Source: an uncultured Spirochaetaceae bacterium
Lineage (GTDB): Bacteria; Spirochaetota; Spirochaetia; Sphaerochaetales; Sphaerochaetaceae
Direction: 5' to 3'
Assembly: GCA_944388955.1 (NCBI GenBank)
Contig: CALXKJ010000007.1
Coordinates: 57,671-121,670 of the forward strand
DNA length: 64,000 bases
Shown here: in pieces, positions 55,803 through 64,000 of the stretch
How positions within the stretch are numbered: position 1 is the first letter of the stretch
Layout of the letters: the number at the start of each line of letters is the position of its first letter
Position numbers and translations under genes: made by a program
The notes under the pieces: generated by a model
Told to the model about the DNA's origin: nothing
Seen by the model: only the letters and a program-made list of their open reading frames with translations
Database searches by the model: none

Positions 55803-56620
55803 TGCCTGTTCTCGCGATTCACGACCTCTCGTGCTATTCGAAATCATCGCTTACGGTAGTGCTTCCGGTCCTGGAGGCACTATCTGTTGAGACTGCAGTC
55901 CTCCCTTCAGCGCTTCTCTCGACGCAGACTGATGGATTTGATGATATCTACGTACGCGACAACCTGGACTCAATGAAAGCCATTATCTCGTGTTTTGAGC
56001 GTCTGGAGCTTTCGTTCGATGGCATTTATACAGGGTATATAGGCTCTGCGGATGAGATTGAGCTTGTGCGTGATTTCGTCTCGTCTTCTTCCTGTCCAAT
56101 ACTTGTAGATCCCGTGATGGGGGACGGCGGGGAGCTTTATCAGACTGTTGATAGCAAAGCTGTTGACGCGACGATACGTCTTGTGCGGAAAGCGGGAATA
56201 ATAACACCGAACTGGACTGAGGCTGAGATAATCACGGACTTGGGATATCGAGGTAAAAAGGCTACAGGCACTATGATAAGGGACGAGATAAAGGTTCTTA
56301 AGTCGCTGGGACCTGGAAAAGGCGTTATAACAGGAATCCCGCTAGAGTCAGGCGGGCTGGGAAACGCCGCTTGGGATGGTGATGAGATAAGACTTTTTCA
56401 GTATGAGGATGAAGGTGTGTCATTTCCTGGCTCTGGAGATCTCTTTGCCTCCCTGTTATTCGGGCTGCTGATAAAAGGTGATAGTTTCTTCGGCTCCGTG
56501 CTTCATGCTACTGATATCGCGACATACGCTGTGCATATGACAAAAAAAGCCGGAAGGGAGCGTAGGCTTGGAATAATGCTTTCTCCCGTGATGGATGAGA
56601 TAAGGAGGAGGATGCTCTGA
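55802..56620 (+). CDS. pdxK: Pyridoxal/pyridoxamine kinase
   Basis: Ribokinase-fold pattern with GYIGSADEIELV and DPVMGD. 272 aa. Confidence 0.8.
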   Translation: MPVLAIHDLSCYSKSSLTVVLPVLEALSVETAVLPSALLSTQTDGFDDIYVRDNLDSMKAIISCFERLELSFDGIYTGYIGSADEIELVRDFVSSSSCPILVDPVMGDGGELYQTVDSKAVDATIRLVRKAGIITPNWTEAEIITDLGYRGKKATGTMIRDEIKVLKSLGPGKGVITGIPLESGGLGNAAWDGDEIRLFQYEDEGVSFPGSGDLFASLLFGLLIKGDSFFGSVLHATDIATYAVHMTKKAGRERRLGIMLSPVMDEIRRRML

Positions 56621-57186
56621 AAACCATCATTCTTGTCTCAGATAAAGCCGAGGCGAAATCGCTTGGCTCATATATGACTATCGTGACAGGTACTGGACCT
56701 GTGCAGGCAGCTGTTGCGGCGTCATATGCTATAGCGGAGTATAAGCCTGATGTAATCATCTCCGCCGGAAGCGCCGGCAGTTTCGGGCGATTCGGAATCG
56801 GGGATATAATCTCATTCAGCTCTGTCATCTCCCCTGATAACGATCTCACTCGCTTTCATCTTCCGAAAGGATCTGTATTGCGTCCTGACCGCTCCACGGC
56901 ATCAGTAATGCCTCTCCGCGGTGCTTCTGGGTATATCCTCTCTTCATCAGCTGCCTTTGAGAGCGGTGCAAACAGGACAATAGGGGATGTAATGCCTGAC
57001 GCTGCAGATATGGAAGCCTATGGGGTAGCAATGGCGTGCTCTTTTTCGTCTATTCCATGTTTTGCGATTAAAATGATTACAGATATCATCGGAGAGAATC
57101 TACGGATAGGAGATTACTCCTCGCGGCTCCGGGCGATGCGCTCAGCGCTTCCTGAAATCATCGAGAAGGAATTGATGCTTCTCTAA
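56617..57186 (+). CDS. Short PNP/UDP-1 family nucleosidase (MTA/SAH nucleosidase- or futalosine hydrolase-like), probable CTG start
   Basis: PDVIISAGSAGS, GDIISFSSV, DMEAYGVAMAC and IKMITDI parallel MtnN blocks. The conserved KTIILVS strand lies upstream of the first ATG (56674). CTG 56617 lies 6 nt after AAGGAGGAG and overlaps the pdxK stop (CTGA). Confidence 0.65.
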   Translation: MKTIILVSDKAEAKSLGSYMTIVTGTGPVQAAVAASYAIAEYKPDVIISAGSAGSFGRFGIGDIISFSSVISPDNDLTRFHLPKGSVLRPDRSTASVMPLRGASGYILSSSAAFESGANRTIGDVMPDAADMEAYGVAMACSFSSIPCFAIKMITDIIGENLRIGDYSSRLRAMRSALPEIIEKELMLL

Positions 57187-58301
57187 GCGAGTCTGTCAAT
57201 TGTACGGATTCTGACGCTCTCATGAGTAGGCTCGTTCGCGATTCTCTCGGCGAATTTCATGAGCTCAGTCTCTTTCGCCTGAAAAAGGCTCTCAGCAATA
57301 TCGAGAAGAAGTCTTATCGTATCGCTTTTTGTCTCGTCCAGCTTGATGCGGCGTTCGCTTCTGCCTGTCCATATCCTTGTGTATTCCACGTCTTTTATGT
57401 TTTCGGCAGTAAAGTCCGCGGTACGAAGCTCTGCATCCTGGAATATGCGTGTAAGCGGGCTGGCCCAGCCTGTGAGACCACCGAACGAGAGATCCGGCTC
57501 GTAATGGAAGACAGGCTCTTCTGTTGAAAGACTGAGTATGGAATGTTTCTCAGCTTCCGGATAGAGCTTCCTCGACAGGGAATACGCGATGAGGGATGGA
57601 TTATTCGCGGCGACACCGCCATCAATGAGATATCTTCCATCGAGACGGTAAGGTGGAAAATAGAGTGGGGCGGCAGAGCTTGCTCTCGCACCTTCCCATA
57701 TGTATGAATCCATATTGCCCCAGCTTGTGATGGGGAGGATGCATCCTTCGTTGGCAGAGTATGTGATGAATGCCGTCGGCACCATAAGCTCGCCCATCTT
57801 CCTCTCTCCATACATGCGCTGGAGAAAAGCTTCATATGGCTTCGCGTCATATTTATCCGTGAAAAGAGGCCCGAAAATCGATTTGACACTTCGGGAAGGG
57901 AATATCTCGGGACCGTGTGAGGCATATAGTGACACGAACTCGTCCGGATCCGCGCTTCTTTGAATATTGCCCTTAAGATATTTTCTGACGTGTTTCCTGA
58001 AAAAGCGCCTATAATGGTATTCACCATAGACAGGGGACTCGTCACCGTCTTCTGGAGTGAATGATGTTCCTTCTGCTGGCACAGAGAGCGCTCCTGCGAT
58101 AAGCGCTCCTGTACTTGTCCCCGCGATGAGGTCGAAATGGGAGTAGAGAGGCCTTGTATCGCCTTTGTCTTTCAGGATCGAGCCAAGGCGGCTCAGGATA
58201 TATGCCGGGATTATTCCCCGTATTCCGCCACCATCGATTGCAAGGATGAAACGCTCACTGTCCATACCAAGGATTTTCAGCACTTGAGATGAATACGTCA
58301 A
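57183..58301 (-). CDS. Patatin-like phospholipase family protein
   Basis: IDGGGIRG, GTSTGALIAG (GxSxG) and DGGVAANNP. 372 aa. Confidence 0.85.
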   Translation of the reverse strand: MTYSSQVLKILGMDSERFILAIDGGGIRGIIPAYILSRLGSILKDKGDTRPLYSHFDLIAGTSTGALIAGALSVPAEGTSFTPEDGDESPVYGEYHYRRFFRKHVRKYLKGNIQRSADPDEFVSLYASHGPEIFPSRSVKSIFGPLFTDKYDAKPYEAFLQRMYGERKMGELMVPTAFITYSANEGCILPITSWGNMDSYIWEGARASSAAPLYFPPYRLDGRYLIDGGVAANNPSLIAYSLSRKLYPEAEKHSILSLSTEEPVFHYEPDLSFGGLTGWASPLTRIFQDAELRTADFTAENIKDVEYTRIWTGRSERRIKLDETKSDTIRLLLDIAESLFQAKETELMKFAERIANEPTHESVRIRTIDRLA

Positions 58302-58304
58302 CTC

Positions 58305-59255
58305 ATGATATTATCATTGGGTATGGACGAATATAGATCATGCCATCTCTGCCCGAATATGTGCGGGGTGAATCGATACGAAAGAACTGGTGTATGCATG
58401 GAGACTGATACGGTACGCATAGCCTGGTCAGGACTTCATAGGGGAGAAGAACCACCCATCACTGGAGAGCATGGATCGGGGATGATTTTCTTCTCAGGCT
58501 GTCCGCTTCATTGCCAATATTGCCAGAATCGGGAGATATCCGGATCTGATGGGATGAATTATGGTATCGACTTCACGATTGATGAGATGACTGAGCTGAT
58601 GCTCTCCCTTCAGGCAATGGGGGCTGCGACGCTCAATCTTGTTACTGGTACTCATTTCATACCATCCATCGTCACATCTCTTGAGGAGGCGAAGAGGAGA
58701 GGTTTCTCTCTTCCTGTTGTCTGGAATAGCTCCGGATATGAAAGACCTGAGGCGCTTTCTCTTATCGATAAGCATATCGATATCTATCTCTTGGACTGCA
58801 AGACCCTTTCACATGGAACCGCATCCCGTTTCTGTGGCAGGAAAGAGTATGCCGATGCAATCATTCCTGTGATGGAATATGTGAAGAAAACGCATCCATA
58901 TACGGATATGGATAAGATGAGGGGTACGATTCTCCGTCATCTCGTGTTCCCCGGCGAGCTGAAATCGACATTCAGTTTCCTCTCGTACTTCGCAAAGCAC
59001 TATAAAGACAGCTTCTATCTTTCGCTCATGACGCAGTTCGTCCCGCCGCTTGGGAATCCAGGTTTTGAGAAGATCACTGACGATGAATACAATGCCCTTG
59101 TCGATATGATGGAAGTCCTTGGCATCGATGATGGTTTCATGCAGGATCCTTCAGATGATGATATCCTCTGGATCCCTGAATTCATGGATGATGTGCCGTT
59201 CCCTGAGTCTTTTGCAGACCCCTGTCCGTATTTTCTTGCAATCAAGCACCGATGA
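58305..59255 (+). CDS. Radical SAM protein (PflX/YjjW-like activase family)
   Basis: A CPLHCQYCQN CX3CX2C cluster, plus an N-terminal CHLCPNMCGV Cys motif. Confidence 0.75.
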   Translation: MILSLGMDEYRSCHLCPNMCGVNRYERTGVCMETDTVRIAWSGLHRGEEPPITGEHGSGMIFFSGCPLHCQYCQNREISGSDGMNYGIDFTIDEMTELMLSLQAMGAATLNLVTGTHFIPSIVTSLEEAKRRGFSLPVVWNSSGYERPEALSLIDKHIDIYLLDCKTLSHGTASRFCGRKEYADAIIPVMEYVKKTHPYTDMDKMRGTILRHLVFPGELKSTFSFLSYFAKHYKDSFYLSLMTQFVPPLGNPGFEKITDDEYNALVDMMEVLGIDDGFMQDPSDDDILWIPEFMDDVPFPESFADPCPYFLAIKHR

Positions 59256-59934
59256 CAGTGCCTTCAAATGGAAGTCCTTCCAGAATCTTTCTTATATTCT
59301 CCGTGTTGCGTCCATCTGCGCATATGACACGCATGCCTTCTTCTTCCGCGATTTTCGATGCGATAGGATCGAATGGTGCATTCAGCCCCGGATTCCATTC
59401 ATCTCCGACCATCTTCCTGAAGTCTTTCCATGATATTGAATCAAGCGGTTTGGCATCCGGATCCTTTCTTGGATCTGCCGTGTAGACTTTCTTTATGTTA
59501 GACAGGTTGATTATCGTTCTGGCTCCGAAGCGTTTTGCAAGATAGACAGCATCTGTGTCTGTTGAAAAGCCCGGTTTCCAGCCTCCTGCGACGAGGACTT
59601 TTCCTGTAAACGCTACATCATCAGCTGTAGGATTCAGCACGAGTTCATCATTGTCATAATCCCCGAAAACAGCCTTCAGAAGCATGGCGTTGAGATGAGT
59701 TGCCCTGATTCCCAGCCAGTCCTGCAGAGCAGGAGAAGCGGATGGGTTTACTTCTCTGAGCGCACTCTGGTACTTTCTCGCGGGAGCACCGCCGCCTGCG
59801 ACTAGGATGAGTCTGTTATCCTCATTCTGCTCAATGTGCTGTCTAGCCATTTCATAGAAGCTTTTGAGAAACGATGTATCGATATTATCCGGGGCTATGA
59901 TAGAGCCTCCGACTGAAATCACTGTAAGTGCCAT
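59242..59934 (-). CDS. pyrH: Archaeal-type UMP kinase (amino acid kinase fold)
   Basis: ISVGGSIIAPDN, LILVAGGGAPARKY and GGWKPGFSTDTDAVYLA...VYTADPRKDPDAKP closely parallel archaeal PyrH as I recall it. 230 aa. Confidence 0.7.
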   Translation of the reverse strand: MALTVISVGGSIIAPDNIDTSFLKSFYEMARQHIEQNEDNRLILVAGGGAPARKYQSALREVNPSASPALQDWLGIRATHLNAMLLKAVFGDYDNDELVLNPTADDVAFTGKVLVAGGWKPGFSTDTDAVYLAKRFGARTIINLSNIKKVYTADPRKDPDAKPLDSISWKDFRKMVGDEWNPGLNAPFDPIASKIAEEEGMRVICADGRNTENIRKILEGLPFEGTVIGA

Positions 59935-60036
59935 ATTGCCTCCTTTGGATGATTATATAGTCTTTTACGTTATTTTTCTCGAAAAGCAAACATTTTCCTC
60001 ATCTCCGCGCGTATAGGATTATAGGAGGTGATTGTA

Positions 60037-60459
60037 GTGAATCATCTAAATAGCGTATTGCTTGAAGGAATTCTGGTTGATGATCCAAAGCTTATTCCGC
60101 TTGCAGATCCACCAGACGGGGTCAAATTGGTGAAGTTTGACATGGCCAGCGACCGGTTTTATCTGAATAAGGATGGAGAGAAGTCCGTCGAAACGGTCTT
60201 TATCCCCGTGCAATGCTGGGGAAAACTCGGTGAGAGATGCCTTGAGAAGCTGAAGAAAGGCATGACTTGCCGTACAGTGGGACGGCTAAGGCTTTCTAGA
60301 TGGATGGCGAATGACGGCTCGTCGAGAAAGTCGATAGAAATCGTCGCGCAACATCTGGAATTCAGGATTCCGAAGACTAAAAGCAAAGTCGAGATACTCG
60401 AGGATAGGGACAATGAAGCAGATACTGCGAGGGAATCTGAGGTCATCTATGCATTCTGA
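60037..60459 (+). CDS. ssb: Single-stranded DNA-binding protein (short, atypical C-terminal tip)
   Basis: OB-fold pattern NSVLLEGILVDDP...FIPVQCWGKLGE...RLRLSRW. GTG 60037 lies 8 nt after AGGAGG. The protein ends ESEVIYAF. Confidence 0.75.
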   Translation: MNHLNSVLLEGILVDDPKLIPLADPPDGVKLVKFDMASDRFYLNKDGEKSVETVFIPVQCWGKLGERCLEKLKKGMTCRTVGRLRLSRWMANDGSSRKSIEIVAQHLEFRIPKTKSKVEILEDRDNEADTARESEVIYAF

Positions 60460-61400
60460 GAGTATGGATTGTAGATATTGTTCCTGCCGAATGTCGATCC
60501 TGATGTCTCGGTGATGAAGAAATCTGAGGAGGTGTCAGTATCGACCCCGCCGGGAAGTCTCGCGATTACCCTTGTCGCTGTGACAGAAAGCGAGGATACG
60601 GCATCTCCTGACCATTTCCCGATAGCTCTCAGCTTCTCAGCAGCTCTTTCTGTCCTCATGTTTCCGTATCCACCGCATAGCTCGCTTTCGCCGGTTGTGT
60701 AGATTACGCCATCGATGATCTCCCCATCCATCTCATCAAAGAGCAGCACAGCGCCATTTGTGCCGGAGAGCGTCCTGTCACTTCCTCCGGAAACAATATA
60801 ACCTGACATGCCATTGTCATAGATGACATCATATGACTCCGGCTCTGTATCCCAGTAGATTACAACTGTATCATACGGCTTCACGCTGATATCGGGGAGG
60901 ATGACGGAGACGCTATCATCATCAGGAAGCCCATCGGAGACAATCATTCCGGCAGAGCTTCCTTCTTCAAGAAAGAGTATCTCGATTCTGTCTGGGTTCG
61001 TGCCGGAACCTTTAGGGGAGATTTCGTTGATTATAGCGCGCGGAATCTCCAGATTCCTGCCTATTATCATGAGCGAGGCTCTGGAAGTGTTGCCGCTCCT
61101 GTCCTCTGCCGTGATTGAGAAGACTGCCTCTTCTCCCCGTGAAAGCGTTCTTCCAAGCGGTATCATCAGTACCGTGCCGTCAGGATTTCCCCTGAGGGGG
61201 ATATCATCAAGCCTTGCATCTATCACTGTCACAGTCTCATCATAGACAATCTTCATATAGCTGTTGTCCACAAGGGAGAAGCTCTGCATCTCCGGAGGCA
61301 TCCTGTCTTTGCCGCTGAATGCGTCATAGATTCTTCCTCCATCATAGGGACATGATGAAAGCACGATCAGCAAAAGTGAAATGAAAACCAATATCTTCAT
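60447..61400 (-). CDS. Hypothetical lipoprotein, possible lamin-tail-like (LTD) beta-sandwich domain
   Basis: Start taken at MKILVFISLLLIVLSSC (lipobox LSSC). The segment AIINEISPKGSGTNPDRIEILFLEEG resembles the LTD signature. The maximal ORF reaches 61601. Confidence 0.5.
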   Translation of the reverse strand: MKILVFISLLLIVLSSCPYDGGRIYDAFSGKDRMPPEMQSFSLVDNSYMKIVYDETVTVIDARLDDIPLRGNPDGTVLMIPLGRTLSRGEEAVFSITAEDRSGNTSRASLMIIGRNLEIPRAIINEISPKGSGTNPDRIEILFLEEGSSAGMIVSDGLPDDDSVSVILPDISVKPYDTVVIYWDTEPESYDVIYDNGMSGYIVSGGSDRTLSGTNGAVLLFDEMDGEIIDGVIYTTGESELCGGYGNMRTERAAEKLRAIGKWSGDAVSSLSVTATRVIARLPGGVDTDTSSDFFITETSGSTFGRNNIYNPYSQNA

Positions 61401-61478
61401 ATAAAGATATACGCAACAATGCGCATGAAATGTTTGCTTCTCTGGAAAAAAAACATCCAAGAATGTAGATTTAACATT

Positions 61479-62846
61479 ATGAAGAAACTCTGGGAGAAGA
61501 ATTACACGCTCGATTCGATGATGGAGCATTTCACAGTCAGGAATGACTATGTATATGATGAGGAGCTGATGCTTTCCGATATTATAGGCTCTGCAGCCCA
61601 CGCCAAAGGCCTTGAACGTATAGGGATTCTCACTGCAGAAGAGCTTGAGAATCTTCTGAAAGGACTCAGGGAAATTGCCTCTTTGAGACTTTCGTCATCA
61701 TTTCCTATAACTGTGAAGGATGAGGATTGCCACACCGCTATCGAGGGTTATCTGACGGAGCATTACGGTGAGTGCGGCAAGAAAATCCATACCGGCAGAA
61801 GCCGCAATGACCAGGTACAGACAGCGCTTCGCATATATATGCGTGAAGCCATACTCCGTCTTGCTTCGCATTCCATCTCTTTCTCCTCCTCCCTGATAGC
61901 TCTTGCTGAGAAGAACGAGGATGTTCCTATGCCTGGCCGCACGCATATGCAGATTGCCATGCCATCTTCAGTAGCTTTGTGGGCGCTGTCATATGCCGAG
62001 GAGATTCTTGAAGAATGCTCGATGCTCTTCTCCCTGTATAAAGTGCTGGATCAGAGTCCTCTTGGCTCGGCTGCGTCATATGGTGTCACGCTCCCTCTCG
62101 ATAGGCTTTATACAGCATCTCTGATGGGCTTCTCGAAAGTGCAGAACAATGTGCTTTATGCGAATAACTCCAGAGGGAAGTTCGAGGCGTTCTTCCTCGA
62201 TCATGCGGAGTACATTGCGCTGACGATATCGAAACTGAGTCAGGATCTCATGCTTTTCACTCTTCCTGAATTTGGTTATTTCTCCCTGCCACGGGAGTTG
62301 TGCACAGGCTCGTCCATCATGCCGCAGAAAAAGAATCCAGATGGGCTTGAGCTTGCAAGGTCCAGAGCAAGCCTTATCGGTTCATGCTCTATGCGTGTGA
62401 AGTCTATCATCAGGGCTTTGCCTTCGGGATATAACAGGGATTTCCAGGATACGAAGGAGCCTTTGATTGAAGGTTTCCGCACAACTGAGGAACTTGTCAT
62501 GATAATGGATGAGATGGTCAGGAATCTTGAAGTGCATCCTGATGCCTTGATAAAAGCATGCGTGCCTGAGCTTTACGCTACAGACAGAGTGATGGAGAAA
62601 GTCCTCTCTGGCGGCAATTTCCGCGATAGCTATAAGGATGTCGGTCTCAATCTCGATAAAGTGGACGGGGAGGATCCTGTCTCATCGCTCAAGAAGCGCA
62701 CATCGATAGGAACGACAGGCAATCTCGGCCTCGAGGAGGATAAAATGAGGTGTGAAGCGCTGAAAGCCGAAGTCGATGAACGTCTTTCATTCCTTTCATC
62801 TGTCTATGGAGCGCTTATTCCGGAAATCAAGAGGGTTGTGCTATGA
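61479..62846 (+). CDS. argH: Argininosuccinate lyase
   Basis: GRSRNDQV and the fumarate-lyase signature GSSIMPQKKNPD. Start taken at MKKLWEKNY. Confidence 0.9.
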   Translation: MKKLWEKNYTLDSMMEHFTVRNDYVYDEELMLSDIIGSAAHAKGLERIGILTAEELENLLKGLREIASLRLSSSFPITVKDEDCHTAIEGYLTEHYGECGKKIHTGRSRNDQVQTALRIYMREAILRLASHSISFSSSLIALAEKNEDVPMPGRTHMQIAMPSSVALWALSYAEEILEECSMLFSLYKVLDQSPLGSAASYGVTLPLDRLYTASLMGFSKVQNNVLYANNSRGKFEAFFLDHAEYIALTISKLSQDLMLFTLPEFGYFSLPRELCTGSSIMPQKKNPDGLELARSRASLIGSCSMRVKSIIRALPSGYNRDFQDTKEPLIEGFRTTEELVMIMDEMVRNLEVHPDALIKACVPELYATDRVMEKVLSGGNFRDSYKDVGLNLDKVDGEDPVSSLKKRTSIGTTGNLGLEEDKMRCEALKAEVDERLSFLSSVYGALIPEIKRVVL

Positions 62847-63301
62847 AACGATATTTCCTGTTTTCATTTCTTCTGGTTTCATTGCTGCTTTCTACTTATG
62901 CCGGCGGATCCGCAGAAGCGACAGACTCATCAATTCTCGCATCTATGGGGAAGATCGATAAAAACTCTTCCGATAAACCTCTTTCCACGGAGGAAAACAG
63001 AGCGAGCCATCGTCCTTCAGTCTTCAGCACAGTCTTCGGGCTTTCCGATAGCGAGATAATGGCTATCATCGAAGAGTCGATAGGCAGAAGCGATATGCGG
63101 CCCTGGGAGGAGTCGACGTTGAGAATAGCTCTCAGCGAGGATGACGGGAAGACTTTCGTCGATAGAGTGAAGAGTGAGACAAGCGGCGATGAGGAGAAGG
63201 TGAGAAGAATGTTCCTCTCACAGGATGGAATCAAGAAGATGGGCGATGCGGCTGAATACGTCTTCATGGGAAAAGGTACCCTTGTCGATTTCTATTTCTG
63301 A
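62843..63301 (+). CDS. Hypothetical secreted protein
   Basis: Signal peptide MKRYFLFSFLLVSLLLSTYAGG. There is an ATGA overlap with the argH stop. Confidence 0.5.
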   Translation: MKRYFLFSFLLVSLLLSTYAGGSAEATDSSILASMGKIDKNSSDKPLSTEENRASHRPSVFSTVFGLSDSEIMAIIEESIGRSDMRPWEESTLRIALSEDDGKTFVDRVKSETSGDEEKVRRMFLSQDGIKKMGDAAEYVFMGKGTLVDFYF

Positions 63302-63348
63302 GTGTGGCTTTTCTTCCAACCTTTCGCGTTTCAGGCTAGAATGAGAAT

Positions 63349-63813
63349 ATGGGAAAAGTAAAAAGCTTCTTTGGTGGGCTTATTGGAGTCCTGCTGCTAT
63401 CAGTAATCGTGTTTTTTATCATATATTTCTTCGTTCCGGCAGTGTCGATGAAATTCTTCGGCATCGCGTTTAACGAAAATTCCGACTCAGGAAGCGAGAT
63501 TGTCGCCCTGATAGATAGTCTTGAACTTGGAGATGACGCTGCAAGGGCGGAGATAGAATCCTATCTTTCATCTCCCGCTGGGCAGGAAGCTGTCAGTGCA
63601 ATTCAGGATGCGGCCTCCAAGGCAGGTGAGAGCTTTGACGCGTTTGTCGAAAGCGATGACTTCCAGAACGCAGTTTCGAGCGCCAAGGAGAAAGGCGTGG
63701 ATATTGTGTCCGGCATAGTTACATCGCTGATGAAGAATGATGGCGCAAATGAAGAAAGTACCGTTGCGCCCACTGCCGCGCAAGGGCAGGATGCTGTGAA
63801 GAATCCTGTATGA
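63349..63813 (+). CDS. Hypothetical membrane-anchored protein
   Basis: One N-terminal TM segment (LIGVLLLSVIVFFIIYFFV) and an acidic Ala/Ser-rich C-terminal region. Confidence 0.45.
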   Translation: MGKVKSFFGGLIGVLLLSVIVFFIIYFFVPAVSMKFFGIAFNENSDSGSEIVALIDSLELGDDAARAEIESYLSSPAGQEAVSAIQDAASKAGESFDAFVESDDFQNAVSSAKEKGVDIVSGIVTSLMKNDGANEESTVAPTAAQGQDAVKNPV

Positions 63814-64000
63814 CAAGAATTGAGTTTCTGGGCACAGGCACAAGCCATGGAATCCCTGTCATAGGCTGTCACTGCCCGGTATGCACATCTTCTGATCCGC
63901 ACGATAAACGTTACAGATCGTCAATCCTCATACAGAAGGGAAATACATCAGTTGTCATTGACACTGGCTATGAATTCCGTCTGCAAGCACTGCGTGCGGG
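63810..64000 (+). CDS. MBL-fold metallo-hydrolase, PhnP-like (3'-truncated by window end)
   Basis: ATG 63810. The translation MTRIEFLGTGTSHGIPVIGCHCPVCTSSDPHDKRYRSSILIQ...VVIDTG matches the PhnP-type N-terminus with its Cys zinc knuckle. Confidence 0.7.
   Translation, partial: MTRIEFLGTGTSHGIPVIGCHCPVCTSSDPHDKRYRSSILIQKGNTSVVIDTGYEFRLQALRA

Noticed and set aside
57395-58045. 216-aa alternative-frame ORF within the second patatin gene
   Set aside because: It lies on the same strand but out of frame with the motif-bearing patatin reading frame, and it has no recognisable motifs.
61446-61453. A8 tract in the divergent promoter between the LTD-like lipoprotein gene and argH, considered as a second phase-variation site
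   Set aside because: A/T runs of this length are common in AT-rich intergenic DNA. I could not place the tract between convincing -35 and -10 elements.

Overview
Method and limits: hand analysis only, with no BLAST, HMM or folding tools. Protein calls rest on sequence motifs I recognise in the supplied ORF translations. Coordinates of non-coding elements were anchored to ORF ends but could be off by 1-2 nt.

Overall content: this looks like a compact bacterial chromosomal segment of about 75 genes. It is probably from a Treponema-like spirochaete. That lineage call is inference from many spirochaete-style lipoboxes, a eukaryote-type hexokinase, an archaeal-type UMP kinase and the gene content.

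Core genes:
- The ftsH-hslO-rlmL-ogt cluster.
- ychF, rpsD, topA and tRNA-Arg(CCU).
- The sbcB-prfA-prmC-relA/spoT cluster.
- rpiB, a CBS-type family II pyrophosphatase, ssb and argH.
- A hexokinase / pyridoxal kinase / nucleosidase cluster.
- A sigma54-type two-component pair followed by a NitT/TauT-like ABC transporter.
- A CUT1 sugar ABC system without its ATPase, and an Fe(III)-type ABC system.

Accessory or unusual parts:
- A small island at the left edge with a radC remnant, an intact radC, a frameshifted brnT with intact brnA, and relB/dinJ with a damaged yafQ.
- A low-GC AAA-ATPase/PD-(D/E)XK gene next to a stand-alone Fic gene, plus a truncated paralog about 6 kb away.
- Tandem paralogs that couple an Fn3-like module to a beta-barrel.
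- A tightly packed five-gene unit after tRNA-Arg with an unexplained gene combination.
- A degenerate toxin-antitoxin-like pair.
- Three unusually large convergent intergenic gaps, carrying phased direct repeats or strong hairpins.
- A G9 tract inside a promoter spacer upstream of a lipoprotein gene. This is the best candidate here for phase variation.

Not found: rRNA genes, CRISPR arrays, transposases, integrases or reverse transcriptases. No complete known defence system was recognised. The novelty claims below are hypotheses.
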